Shown here: one piece after another, positions 9,183 to 18,726 of the stretch
Layout of the letters: each line of letters opens with the position of its first letter
How positions within the stretch are numbered: position 1 is the stretch's first letter
Source: Thermoplasmatales archaeon
GTDB lineage: Archaea > Thermoplasmatota > E2 > DHVEG-1
DNA length: 64,000 nucleotides
Assembly (NCBI GenBank): GCA_020341795.1
Contig: CP070836.1
Span: forward strand, 1,535,613-1,599,612
Direction of reading: 5' to 3'
Translations under genes and position numbers: made by a program
Notes under the pieces: generated by a model
Seen by the model: only the letters and a program-made list of their open reading frames with translations
Database searches by the model: none
What the model was told of the DNA's origin: nothing

Positions 9183-10385
9183 ATGGATTTTAGCTGGACA
9201 GATGAACAGGAAATTTGGAGAAAAACAGTACGTGATTTTGCACAAAAAAATATTACACCACGTGTTAGAGAAATAGATACAAATAAAAAAATACCAGATG
9301 AAATTATCAAAGGTATGGCAAAACTTGGACTTCTTGCTCCAACAGCATCTCAGGATTATGGTGGAGCTGGAGTTGATTGGACTATGGCATGTATCGCTGC
9401 AGAGGAGTTAGGACGTGCAGATATAAGCCTTGCAATCCCTGTACTTTATCTTGTAGAAGCATCATGGGGTTTTATATTTAGTCAATATGGTTCAAAAGAA
9501 TTAAGAGAAAAATATCTTCCAAAAATAACCTCAGGAGAAGCATTTTGTGGTATAGCTGTAACAGAACCTGAAGGAGGTTCTGATATAGTTGGAGCTGGAA
9601 AGACAAAAGGAGTCAAAAAAGGAAAAAATTGGATATTAAATGGTGAAAAAATATTCATCAGTGGTATAACAGAATCAACTAAATGGGGGGGAATTCATCT
9701 CACTCTTGCTCGAACAGATCCATCCGCAGGTCATAAAGGTTTCAGTTTTTTTGGTGTACCACTTAAGGATAATAAACAAATAAAAACTTCATTATTTGAA
9801 GATATGGGTAGAATGGGTATTTCAACTGGAGGTTTTGTTATGGAAAATGTTGAACTATCTGAACAAAATCTCATAGGTGAGCAAAATCGGGGTTTTTATT
9901 ATGCAATGGAAGGTTTTTCAGCGGCTCGTGTTTTAATTGGTGCAACCTGTGTTGGTGCAGCTGAAGCTGCTCTTGAATTAGGTAAAGAACATATCAAAAC
10001 CCGAAAAGCATTTGGGAAGCTTTTGGGGAGTTTTGAAGGTATACAATTTCCACTTGCGGAACATTATTGTAACCTTGAAAGTGTAAAACTTCTTAATTAT
10101 CGTGCAGCTTGGACTATGGATAAAATGTACAAAGAAAAAAAAGCATCTCATTACGATGTAGCGTTAGCTGCAGCGATGTCAAAACTTCGAGCACCAATAT
10201 ATGCATTTGGAGTTTTTAATGAAGTAGCTGATTGGTTTGGAGCTCTGGGTTATACAAAAGAATTCCCAGTGGAGATGGGAATCCGTGGTGTAAGATCCTA
10301 TTCAATTGGTGCTGAAGGTACAATGAATATAATGAGAATAATTATAGCAAGAGAATTACTTGGAAAAGAATTTTTACCATATTAA
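9183..10385 (+). CDS. Acyl-CoA dehydrogenase
   Basis: ACAD N-terminus (FSWTDEQEIWRKTVRDFA), a middle beta-domain, and a C-terminal YSIGAEGTMNIMR. GGTGGAGGTGA RBS. Confidence 0.85.
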   Translation: MDFSWTDEQEIWRKTVRDFAQKNITPRVREIDTNKKIPDEIIKGMAKLGLLAPTASQDYGGAGVDWTMACIAAEELGRADISLAIPVLYLVEASWGFIFSQYGSKELREKYLPKITSGEAFCGIAVTEPEGGSDIVGAGKTKGVKKGKNWILNGEKIFISGITESTKWGGIHLTLARTDPSAGHKGFSFFGVPLKDNKQIKTSLFEDMGRMGISTGGFVMENVELSEQNLIGEQNRGFYYAMEGFSAARVLIGATCVGAAEAALELGKEHIKTRKAFGKLLGSFEGIQFPLAEHYCNLESVKLLNYRAAWTMDKMYKEKKASHYDVALAAAMSKLRAPIYAFGVFNEVADWFGALGYTKEFPVEMGIRGVRSYSIGAEGTMNIMRIIIARELLGKEFLPY

Positions 10386-10404
10386 ATAAATTTATTACAA
10401 TTAT

Positions 10405-11544
10405 TTATAGACCTAATTTTTTTGCTATTACAATTCTTTGAACTTCTGAGGTTCCTTCACCAATTTGGCAAAGTTTGATATCCCTATAAAATCGTTCAAC
10501 TGGATACTCACGTGTGTAACCATATCCTCCAAGGATTTGAATGGCTTTTACTGTTGCTTTCATTGCCATTTCAGATGCATAAAGTTTTGCCATAGCTGCT
10601 TCTTTACTGAATGGTTGACCATTATCTTCAAGATATGCTGCTCTATGTACTAGTAATCTTGCAGCTTCAATTTCTGTTGCCATATCTGAAATCATCCATT
10701 GTATAGCTTGAAATTTACCTATTGGACGTCCGAATTGTTGACGTTGTTTTGCGTATTCAAGACTTTCGTCTAATGCTCCTTGTGCAATTCCTACTGACAT
10801 GGCACCAACTGCTGTTCTACCACGATCTAGTGTATCCATGACACCATAGAATCCTTTATCTTTTTCTCCTAGTATGTTTTCTTTTGGTATTTTACAGTCC
10901 TCAAAGAATAACTGAGCAGTACGACTACCTCGTAATCCTAGTTTATCTTCAAGTTGACCTACCTTAAACCCTGGTGTATCTTTTTCAACTAAAAAAGCAC
11001 TTATTCCTTTATGGCCTTTGTTTTTATCAGTTTTAGCCATTACAATTGTTACTTCTGCTATATCTCCGCTTGTAATAAACTGTTTTGAACCATTAATTAC
11101 CCATTCCTTTCCATCGAGTTTGGCAGTAGTCTCCATAGCTGCTACATCTGACCCTGCATTTGGCTCTGTTATTGCTAGAGCTGCAAAAGCCTCACCGCTA
11201 CAAAGTTTCGGAAGATATTTTTTTCGCTGCTCTTCAGTTCCTGCTTCATATATATATCCATTTCCAAGAGTATTATGTGCTTCAACAGTTAAACCAGTTG
11301 ATCCACATATACGTGCAATCTCTTCAAGAGCAATCATATAACTAACTCGATTTATTCCTGCGCCACCGTATTTTTGTGGAACCGTCATCCCCATAAGACC
11401 CATTTGACCCATTTTTTTATAAACATCGAAGGGAAAATATTCTTCTTGGTCAATTTTAGAAGCTATTGGTTTAAGTTCTTTTTCGCAAAATTCTCTAATT
11501 GTCTTTTTAAAAAGCTTTTGCTCTTCTGTAAGACTGAAATCCAA
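10405..11544 (-). CDS. Acyl-CoA dehydrogenase (short/butyryl-CoA dehydrogenase-like)
   Basis: Classic ACAD start [25 protein letters not shown], and [16 protein letters not shown] at the C-terminus. Confidence 0.9.
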   Translation of the reverse strand: MDFSLTEEQKLFKKTIREFCEKELKPIASKIDQEEYFPFDVYKKMGQMGLMGMTVPQKYGGAGINRVSYMIALEEIARICGSTGLTVEAHNTLGNGYIYEAGTEEQRKKYLPKLCSGEAFAALAITEPNAGSDVAAMETTAKLDGKEWVINGSKQFITSGDIAEVTIVMAKTDKNKGHKGISAFLVEKDTPGFKVGQLEDKLGLRGSRTAQLFFEDCKIPKENILGEKDKGFYGVMDTLDRGRTAVGAMSVGIAQGALDESLEYAKQRQQFGRPIGKFQAIQWMISDMATEIEAARLLVHRAAYLEDNGQPFSKEAAMAKLYASEMAMKATVKAIQILGGYGYTREYPVERFYRDIKLCQIGEGTSEVQRIVIAKKLGL

Positions 11545-11607
11545 ACTCGATCACCACATCCTTGATAAATTAATCCTTCAAAAAACTTTAGGTAGAAACT
11601 TTGAATT

Positions 11608-12240
11608 TTATTTTAAAATTTTACCAGTTTCCATGTACCAAAGATATAGATCTAACTCTGCAAGAGTAAGATTTGTTTTATTTGAAATATTTACGAGTTT
11701 TTTTTCGATTTCAAGATACTTGTTTTTTGTAATTGTTTTTGGTTTTTGTATTATATTATAACTTACTAAAATATCAATAATATGAAAATCAATAATTGCA
11801 TAATCATAAAATCCAATGTTTCGTAAGAAATGACTTGCTTCTTTATATCCAAAACCTTTTATATTTGTAACCATCCAATCTCTTAAAGCTTTTTTATCAT
11901 GAAATTTTACAATATCAGTTAACAAATTTCTACATTTTTGTGATTCATAAATGTATTGAGCTCTTGTATTTGGAAATCTATGGCCATAATTTTTTAATTT
12001 TTTTGATAAATCTTGTTGCGAATCTGTAAAAAAACAATCTCCTATTTCATTTTGAATTTTAATACTTTTTTCAGCATTAAAATTTGCAGTTAACATACAA
12101 AAACACATTTCCTTAAATAAAGCATTATTAGATGTTAAATTAATATTTTTAAATTCCTTAATTCTATTATCTATAATTTTTTTAATATCACTATTTTTTA
12201 ATTTTTCAATTTTATTTATTAACTCTTCCATATTCTTCAT
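11608..12240 (-). CDS. 8-oxoguanine DNA glycosylase/AP lyase, archaeal Ogg2-type (HhH-GPD)
   Basis: About 210 aa. It has a helix-hairpin-helix motif (GFGYKEASHFLRNIG) followed by a conserved Asp (AIIDFHIIDIL), as in M. jannaschii-type Ogg. Confidence 0.6.
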   Translation of the reverse strand: MKNMEELINKIEKLKNSDIKKIIDNRIKEFKNINLTSNNALFKEMCFCMLTANFNAEKSIKIQNEIGDCFFTDSQQDLSKKLKNYGHRFPNTRAQYIYESQKCRNLLTDIVKFHDKKALRDWMVTNIKGFGYKEASHFLRNIGFYDYAIIDFHIIDILVSYNIIQKPKTITKNKYLEIEKKLVNISNKTNLTLAELDLYLWYMETGKILK

Positions 12241-12287
12241 CTATATCTATTTTAGATTTAATATATTATTATAATTCACTAAAAAAA

Positions 12288-12400
12288 GGTTGGTAGGGGT
12301 GGGGAAAGTTGGAGTTGGTCATAAAAAAGATTTTTGAGGAGAGGAGGAAAGGATGGGATGTTATTAAAATAATGATCCTCCAACATTTCTCACCCCTGTG
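12288..12400. ncRNA. Candidate structured RNA / leader: G-rich segment with nested complementary C-rich segments
   Basis: AGGGGTG (12296..) pairs with CACCCCT (12391..). GTTGGAG (12308..) pairs with CTCCAAC (12378..), nested inside. GGAGGA/ATCCTCC adds a third pairing. The region is strongly purine/G-rich in a genome of about 30% GC. Confidence 0.3.
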
Positions 12401-12647
12401 TGATTTAATTCTAATCTAATTAGTTTTCAATACCACCTCAATTCTTTAAATTTAAACTAATTTTACCCCAATAAACCTCTAATTAACATGTGTTAATGTT
12501 TGTTGGGTATTTAAAGGTTTTGGTTCAATTTGTATCTAAAAATATAGAAAAAAATATAATCTCATCTCGTAAGTTTCTCCTGGAAAATCCTCTTTTGCAA
12601 CATATGTAACATAAGCGATAAACAATCGTTAATTATAAGTATTCTGA

Positions 12648-12992
12648 ATGATATTCACTCTCATGCAACGCACTACCTGTGAATACATGATGTGGAATGG
12701 TTTACCTGTAATAAGAAAAGAAATCGCTGAAAGCATGATTAATGACTATGGATTAACCCAGAAGGAAACCGCTGAAAAACTTGGAATAACACCAGCTGCA
12801 GTCTGCCAATATGTTTCAAAAAAAAGAGGAAGATTTGAAATTGCAGATAAGACTATAATAAAAGAAATAAAAATCTCTGCACAAAATATTATTGAAAAAG
12901 GAAATGGTCTCGTAATAAATGAAACTTGCAGGATATGTAAGCTATTAAGAGCAAGCAATGAATTTGGCATGTTTTGTCCGGGATGCGACTAA
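12648..12992 (+). CDS. HTH-type transcriptional regulator with C-terminal CxxC...CxxC zinc ribbon
   Basis: Helix-turn-helix GLTQKETAEKLGITPAAVCQYVS, then CRIC...CPGC. The start is ambiguous, with several in-frame Met. Confidence 0.5.
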   Translation: MIFTLMQRTTCEYMMWNGLPVIRKEIAESMINDYGLTQKETAEKLGITPAAVCQYVSKKRGRFEIADKTIIKEIKISAQNIIEKGNGLVINETCRICKLLRASNEFGMFCPGCD

Positions 12993-13017
12993 AAATATGA
13001 TATAAACAGGTTAAAAC

Positions 13018-13929
13018 TCAGATGCTATTCTTTATAGCAGTGTAAACTTCTATCATAAATACTGGTTTATATGATAGTTTAGCTTTTCTAAGCCCGGATA
13101 CACCCATATCAGATTCTCTATTTATATATTTAAAATCTTTTTGAAGAATCTTAGCTGTCTCTTGATTTATAGCTTTATATATACCATCATAATCAGGAGA
13201 TCCTTTTTCATAATGAACAATAGCTGTATCATTACTCATTTTTTCAAATACAGATATTGCTTCGATATCGCCGTTTACAATCATTGATAATCCTGAAAGT
13301 TTTAAATCAAAGAAATTTTCCATTGAATATAATATAGCTTTTTTTTCATTTTCTAATAAAGGGTCTTTATCACAATCTTTCCAAAGGCACCATCTTTTTA
13401 GAAATTCTCTAATATCTTTCATGTTGTCCTCAGTTATTGATTCCACCGAGTACTCATTGTTTTTTTTAAATTTATTTAATCGGTTTCTTATTTTACTATA
13501 ATTAGATCCAGCTAACTCAGCTAAATCTGTTGAATTGTATACATAATCAAAATAATCTCTCGTAGGAATTAATTCTAAATTCGGATAATTATTTTCTAAC
13601 CAGTTTTTAGTATTTTTATCAATTACACCAAATGGATATTCTGACTCTTGTTGTTTTGCAAGTTTTAAAACTTCATCAAATATATTTTTATTTTTATCAC
13701 CTATTGGAGATTTTATTTGTATTTTATTATTAATTTTGCTTGCAACAATTAAATTATTATTATTTATCATGTAACAAAATTTAGCGTAATCCATCCAACT
13801 AACAAGTGTAGTAAAAACATAGTCACTATGTACGGGTGGGTACTTTTTGTAATATTTATCAAAAATTGGTTTATCTTCAATTTTAATAGGTTTGAAATCC
13901 TCAATTAAAAGCATTTTATTCATCACCAT
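13018..13929 (-). CDS. DUF2156 (LPG-synthase C-terminal-like, GNAT-fold) family protein
   Basis: Family-typical motifs VHYEKGSPDYDGIY and YINRESDMGVSGLRKAKLSYKP near the C-terminus. Confidence 0.6.
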   Translation of the reverse strand: MVMNKMLLIEDFKPIKIEDKPIFDKYYKKYPPVHSDYVFTTLVSWMDYAKFCYMINNNNLIVASKINNKIQIKSPIGDKNKNIFDEVLKLAKQQESEYPFGVIDKNTKNWLENNYPNLELIPTRDYFDYVYNSTDLAELAGSNYSKIRNRLNKFKKNNEYSVESITEDNMKDIREFLKRWCLWKDCDKDPLLENEKKAILYSMENFFDLKLSGLSMIVNGDIEAISVFEKMSNDTAIVHYEKGSPDYDGIYKAINQETAKILQKDFKYINRESDMGVSGLRKAKLSYKPVFMIEVYTAIKNSI

Positions 13930-14341
13930 GATATTTCATTGGGACATATTTTTCCATTGTTTTGAAACCAATGTTTTTATAAAAGGTATCTTGATCTGGT
14001 TCAGCTATTAAAGCAATCCAATATATTTTTTTTAATTTACAATATCCAATTAATTTTTTAACTAATTTTTTTCCAATTCCTTTTTTTCTGTATTCTGGCA
14101 ATATGATTAAATCTTGTATATATGCATCAGATATTCCATCAGATAATATTCGTCCCATTCCTATTGTTTTATTATTTTTGTTATCAATTACTACTGCAAA
14201 TGCAAAACTTCCCTGGATTAAGGATTTTAATGCTGATTTATCATAGTGTTCTTTCCACCAACCACCTGCTTTATAAAGTTTTACAATATCATCTTCAGAC
14301 CAGTTTTTAACAAATTTTATTTCAATATTTTTATCTATCAT
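13916..14341 (-). CDS. GNAT family N-acetyltransferase
   Basis: Acetyl-CoA binding motif QDLIILPEYRKKGIGKKLVKKLI. Confidence 0.8.
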   Translation of the reverse strand: MIDKNIEIKFVKNWSEDDIVKLYKAGGWWKEHYDKSALKSLIQGSFAFAVVIDNKNNKTIGMGRILSDGISDAYIQDLIILPEYRKKGIGKKLVKKLIGYCKLKKIYWIALIAEPDQDTFYKNIGFKTMEKYVPMKYHGDE

Positions 14342-14467
14342 GTTTCTCCATTTTTTATATTGTAAATTAAGCTGATAATATAATAGTATTTTGAAAAAAA
14401 ATTATCTCAAAAGTAATTATTAAAAAATATTAGTTTATTCTCATTTTATTTAGGAGATAGTAAAATA

Positions 14468-14908
14468 ATGAATAATGATATTAGTATTCTAAAATTAATG
14501 ATAAAAGACCACAGTAAGCTTGTAAACTTAATAAATAACCTAGAAGAGAAATCAAAGGAAAATTTTAAATCAATGAAAGATGCATTTAAAAAATTTGAAT
14601 GGGAGTTAGAAAAACATATATTCATTGAGGAAAAAGCAATTTTTACAGATTATAATCCAGAAGATATTACTGAAGGATATAAAATGCTTCCCGAACTTAC
14701 AAAACAGCATAATTATATTATTAACACCTTAAACAATTGGCGTGATGATGTTCAAAAAGGACGTATTATTACTGATGTTAACAGTTTTAAAGAATTTCTT
14801 ATTAATCATCGTAGTTTTGAAGAAGAAAAAGTGTATCCACAGTTAGATGAATCTCTACAAGATGAGAAAAAAAAGCATATTATTAACAAGATTAATGAGA
14901 TAATTTAG
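14468..14908 (+). CDS. Hemerythrin-like (HHE cation-binding) domain protein
   Basis: HxxxxE...H(x)nEE spacing (DHSKLVNL...FEWELEKHIFIEEKAIF...HNYII). Helical composition. Confidence 0.5.
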   Translation: MNNDISILKLMIKDHSKLVNLINNLEEKSKENFKSMKDAFKKFEWELEKHIFIEEKAIFTDYNPEDITEGYKMLPELTKQHNYIINTLNNWRDDVQKGRIITDVNSFKEFLINHRSFEEEKVYPQLDESLQDEKKKHIINKINEII

Positions 14909-15103
14909 GTGATTACTATGAAAGTAGCTTATAGGTGTGAAAAATGTGGAAAAGACATTATCATTACAGATGGAGAAATTCCTATTTGTTGTAATGAACC
15001 AATGAGAGAAATACCATTAGATGTTTGTACTCAACCAGCTCATGCTGAGCATACAAGACCTATGAAAGATGAAGAACCTTGTGATAATGGACGATCTGGA
15101 TAA
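14909..15103 (+). CDS. Small desulforedoxin-like metal-binding protein
   Basis: YRCEKCGKDIIITDGEIPICCNEPM resembles the Cx2C...CC desulforedoxin motif (compare the N-terminus of Dfx at 22447..22824). Two additional Cys lie in the tail. Confidence 0.35.
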   Translation: MITMKVAYRCEKCGKDIIITDGEIPICCNEPMREIPLDVCTQPAHAEHTRPMKDEEPCDNGRSG

Positions 15104-15117
15104 TTCTGGTTATTTTT

Positions 15118-15459
15118 TTATTTTTTAATAGGTCTTCGTTCAGGTATAGGTTTTGCTTGTTTTTTTCCGTCTTTTATTTCCTGAGAAACATAGAGTGCAC
15201 AATAACATGTTCCATATTCTTTTACATCAGGATCTCTATATATACATGGACATATTATATCTGAATCTTTATCTCTATTACCTGTTGCTAGTCTACAAGG
15301 ACATGCCCAATAACCATATCTTTTTTGATTTATTAAAAGGCTTTTTATAAGATCTTTTGTAAAAATATCATCTGGATTCAGAAAATAACCATTTGATTCA
15401 GCATATTTATTTAATCTAGTAAAGACTTTATCAATTGTTTCACTATTTATATTATTCAT
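15118..15459 (-). CDS. Ferredoxin:thioredoxin reductase catalytic subunit-like protein
   Basis: CPCR...CPC...CYC cysteine spacing ([26 protein letters not shown]), typical of the FTR catalytic subunit. Confidence 0.7.
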   Translation of the reverse strand: MNNINSETIDKVFTRLNKYAESNGYFLNPDDIFTKDLIKSLLINQKRYGYWACPCRLATGNRDKDSDIICPCIYRDPDVKEYGTCYCALYVSQEIKDGKKQAKPIPERRPIKK

Positions 15460-15740
15460 AAACCTAGAGCTCCACGTATTTCATCTTCCTTAAAACCAAT
15501 GATGCATTTTTCATCATCAACAATAATAGTGGGAAAACTAATACGAGGATTACATTTTTTTACGTCTTTAATTATATCATCCTTATCATCTTCTTCAAGT
15601 AGATCTACAAATATATAACTATATTCTACCCCAAGATCTTCTAATAATTGCTTAGTTTTACGACACCATCCACAAGTACTAAGCGCATAAAGTAATATTT
15701 TACCTTTATTTTCACCATCAACATGTTCAATTTTAATCAT
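15456..15740 (-). CDS. Glutaredoxin/NrdH-like thiol-disulfide oxidoreductase
   Basis: 94 aa. The CGWC active site is followed by a Trx-fold pattern. It is translationally coupled to the FTR-like gene. Confidence 0.7.
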   Translation of the reverse strand: MIKIEHVDGENKGKILLYALSTCGWCRKTKQLLEDLGVEYSYIFVDLLEEDDKDDIIKDVKKCNPRISFPTIIVDDEKCIIGFKEDEIRGALGL

Positions 15741-15742
15741 TT

Positions 15743-16303
15743 TTATTTCTCCTTAAATTTGTTATAATAAATAAAATCATCAATAGATAATCTTTTAGGT
15801 CTTTTTTTCTCATTTTGAATTTGTTTTTCTGATAAAACAGGGTTAATCTCAACTGATTTTTTTCCAACAATAATTAGAGTTATAACATCAAAATCATCAG
15901 GAATTCCAAGTAGTTCACGGGTTTTTCTAGGGCTATAACCTGCAATAGGATGAGCAACAAGATCTAACTCTGTAGCACGAAGAATCATAGCACTAACCGC
16001 CATTCCAATATCAAATCGGTAATAAATCCGATCATGAATCACACAGTCATCTTCTTGCTTACCTAAAACAACTATAATCATTGATGCTTTGTAAGCCCAT
16101 TCATTTCCTGAAGTTAAAACATTATGCATTTTCTCAAGCATCTTAGAATCATAAACAAAAATAAAACGCCAAGGTTGATTGTTAAAACATGAAGCTGTTA
16201 TTTGAGCGCATTCTGCAAAATCTTTAATTATTTCTTTTGTTATTTCAACTGGTTCAAGAGATCTATATGCTCTTCTTTTTTTAATTGCGTCTTTTACTTC
16301 CAT
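15743..16303 (-). CDS. Nitroreductase family protein
   Basis: RRAYRSL N-terminal FMN-binding motif. 186 aa. Confidence 0.7.
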   Translation of the reverse strand: MEVKDAIKKRRAYRSLEPVEITKEIIKDFAECAQITASCFNNQPWRFIFVYDSKMLEKMHNVLTSGNEWAYKASMIIVVLGKQEDDCVIHDRIYYRFDIGMAVSAMILRATELDLVAHPIAGYSPRKTRELLGIPDDFDVITLIIVGKKSVEINPVLSEKQIQNEKKRPKRLSIDDFIYYNKFKEK

Positions 16304-16701
16304 TATGCATAACCTGTCATATCAGGTGCAATCCAAGTTGTATTTTCAGCACATTTCTCTCCATGTTCAAGGTTTTTTTCAACTGCTTTTTTTAACAGAG
16401 CAGGGTAAACAGCACCAGTCATTTCATGAACAGGTTTTCCTTTACAGAAAAATTTGAATGTAGGTGTACCCATAACACCATAACGGCTTGGGATTGCGGG
16501 ATTTTTCATGATATTAACACGTGCGAATATAATTTTATCTTTAAAATCACCTGCATATTCGTAAAAATATGGTTCCATCTGTTTACAAAAAGTACATGTA
16601 TCACTATAAAACATAACAACAACAGGTTTTTGTCCTTTTTCAACTGTTGATTCCCATGTAGTATCATCTAATTGAATTACATTTTCCTCACTCATTTTCA
16701 A
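16303..16701 (-). CDS. Thioredoxin-fold protein
   Basis: CTFC active-site motif (SDTCTFCKQM) in a Trx-like alpha/beta pattern. Confidence 0.6.
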   Translation of the reverse strand: MKMSEENVIQLDDTTWESTVEKGQKPVVVMFYSDTCTFCKQMEPYFYEYAGDFKDKIIFARVNIMKNPAIPSRYGVMGTPTFKFFCKGKPVHEMTGAVYPALLKKAVEKNLEHGEKCAENTTWIAPDMTGYA

Positions 16702-16717
16702 TACCTCAAGATGTTAT

Positions 16718-17230
16718 TTATGGTTGAGTTATTTCTTTTTCATATAATTTTTTTAATTGAGTTAGAATTTCTCTAATATCAGGAAGTTCACCTATCTCAT
16801 ATACTTTTATAAAGTCAATTATTCCTTCTTTATTAATAATTATGTTTGCTCTTTCAGAAAATCCTTCCTCATTTCGAAAAATACAATATAGTTTTGCTAT
16901 ATCTCCATGAGGCCAGAAATCGGATAAAAGTCGTGTTGCTTTTATATCTATAAAATCTGCCCATGCTTTTTTTGAAGGAATTGAATCGGCGTTAATACCA
17001 ACTGAAATTGAATTTAATTCTTTGAAATCATTCCAATGTCTTTCAAGTGATTGCATTTGCTGAGCACAAACTGAGGTCCATGCAAATGGATGAAATGAAA
17101 GAATAACATTTTTACCTTTAAAATCAGCCAATCTAAATTCTTTTTTATATTGGTCAAATAAAACAAAATCAGGTGCTTTGTCTCCAACTGTGATATTTAT
17201 TTTTCCCTCCATAAAAATTTTTACCCCCAT
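16718..17230 (-). CDS. Peroxiredoxin (AhpC/TSA, BCP/PrxQ-like)
   Basis: GDKAPDF, then FHPFAWTSVC peroxidatic-Cys motif. The likely start is MEGKINIT at about 17212. Confidence 0.8.
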   Translation of the reverse strand: MGVKIFMEGKINITVGDKAPDFVLFDQYKKEFRLADFKGKNVILSFHPFAWTSVCAQQMQSLERHWNDFKELNSISVGINADSIPSKKAWADFIDIKATRLLSDFWPHGDIAKLYCIFRNEEGFSERANIIINKEGIIDFIKVYEIGELPDIREILTQLKKLYEKEITQP

Positions 17231-18726
17231 AAATGTTTATGTCTTTTAATAAATAATTGAAAAAATAAATTATTACGAAAATCTGTTATTTTACTTTTTG
17301 ATACTTGAATATTTAAAGGATTTGACCATTGAGAAAACTCCATACGAATTACAAAGTGATAAACACTTGTAAAACCATTCTCATCTTCAGATATAACCTT
17401 TACTAAATATCCTCCATACTCATCCCAAGAATGAGAGGCATATATTTTTTCCCCTGATTCATAATAATCTGTCCACTCAACAGGTGAACCATCTCCCCAA
17501 TCCCATCCATATCGGATCATATCATCATCCCTATCATCTGAGACCGTTGAATAAGTATATTCTTCACCTCGTTTACAATTAGTTTCACCAGATGGTTTCG
17601 TTGGAACACTAGGGCTATATTGAATATTTGTTGCATATTTTAAGGAAAGATTATAATTATCTGCATAACTGATATGTACAAAACCATCCAAGTCAACATC
17701 AATAGAAGCATATCCACCAACCATACCAGTTATTCCCCATCCATCAACTACATCAATATTCCAAATATCATTTTCTTTCCATACATAATTTATACTATGC
17801 TGCCCCCAATCATAATAGCAAATATGTAATCTACCAAATCTATCAAATGTGATGTCTGTCCCGCTTGATAAAAATACTCCCCAGAGCCATGGATCAATTG
17901 TTTCAACAATCCATCTATTATTAGTTTTACCAGCATATTTAATTAAAAATTCCTCCGCACCTGTATCATAATAGCTAATATGTGGATTATCGTTTAAATC
18001 AAGTGCAATTTCTGTTGCTCCAAAAACATTACAATCTGAATCAACAAGTTCAAATATCCAGTTATCGCCATTTTTATATGTATACCATAGACCTCTATCT
18101 TCATAATTTGTATAGCTAATATGAGGATTATCATTTTTATCAATAAATATAGAGGAAAACTCGCCTGTATCTCCATCTGATTCTACAACTTCGATAATCC
18201 ATGTATTTCCATTCCATCTTGCATATTTTAAATCATCATTTGTATCATCATGATAACTTATATGAGGATATCCATTTGAATCAAGATTAAGACTAGTGTA
18301 TTCACCAACATCAAATTCTCCATCAATAACTTTAAATATCCAATTATTTCCATTCCAGTAAGTATATTTTAAATCCTTATTTGTCTCATCATAATAACTT
18401 ATATGCGGGTTACCAGCGTTATCAGCATCTATAGAAGAATGTAATCCTACGTCTCCTTCGTAGTCTAATACTTCAATGCTCCATTCGTTATTTTCATAAC
18501 TTAAGAATTTTAAATCTTTCTTGCTCAGCTCATAATAACATATTAAAACAATATTTTCATCTGTTACAACAATATCACTATATTGTCCAACCTCTCCAAA
18601 ATTATCAAGAGTTTTTACAATCCATTTTTCATTATTGCTTACTATATTGGTTAAAGAATAACTATTAACAGAAGTAAAAAGACCAATTACCAATATTAAA
18701 AATACAAGAATTATTTTTATCTTCAT
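17221..18726 (-). CDS. Secreted protein with seven ~48-aa beta-propeller-like repeats and C-terminal PKD domain
   Basis: N-terminal signal/TM (MKIKIILVFLILVIGLFTSVNS). There are seven repeats of consensus W.IEVVD..GDVG.YSS...D.NGNPHISYYD...DLKY. The C-terminal PKD motif is YGWDWGDGSP. Confidence 0.6.
   Translation of the reverse strand: MKIKIILVFLILVIGLFTSVNSYSLTNIVSNNEKWIVKTLDNFGEVGQYSDIVVTDENIVLICYYELSKKDLKFLSYENNEWSIEVLDYEGDVGLHSSIDADNAGNPHISYYDETNKDLKYTYWNGNNWIFKVIDGEFDVGEYTSLNLDSNGYPHISYHDDTNDDLKYARWNGNTWIIEVVESDGDTGEFSSIFIDKNDNPHISYTNYEDRGLWYTYKNGDNWIFELVDSDCNVFGATEIALDLNDNPHISYYDTGAEEFLIKYAGKTNNRWIVETIDPWLWGVFLSSGTDITFDRFGRLHICYYDWGQHSINYVWKENDIWNIDVVDGWGITGMVGGYASIDVDLDGFVHISYADNYNLSLKYATNIQYSPSVPTKPSGETNCKRGEEYTYSTVSDDRDDDMIRYGWDWGDGSPVEWTDYYESGEKIYASHSWDEYGGYLVKVISEDENGFTSVYHFVIRMEFSQWSNPLNIQVSKSKITDFRNNLFFQLFIKRHKHLWG

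Noticed and set aside
12285-12420. tRNA or rRNA fragment in the GC-rich islands (12290..12400, 41107..41170, 50411..50450)
   Set aside because: None shows a T-loop GTTCRANYC or D-loop consensus, or a cloverleaf arrangement. The complementarity fits simple or nested hairpins, so I report them as candidate terminator/ncRNA elements only.
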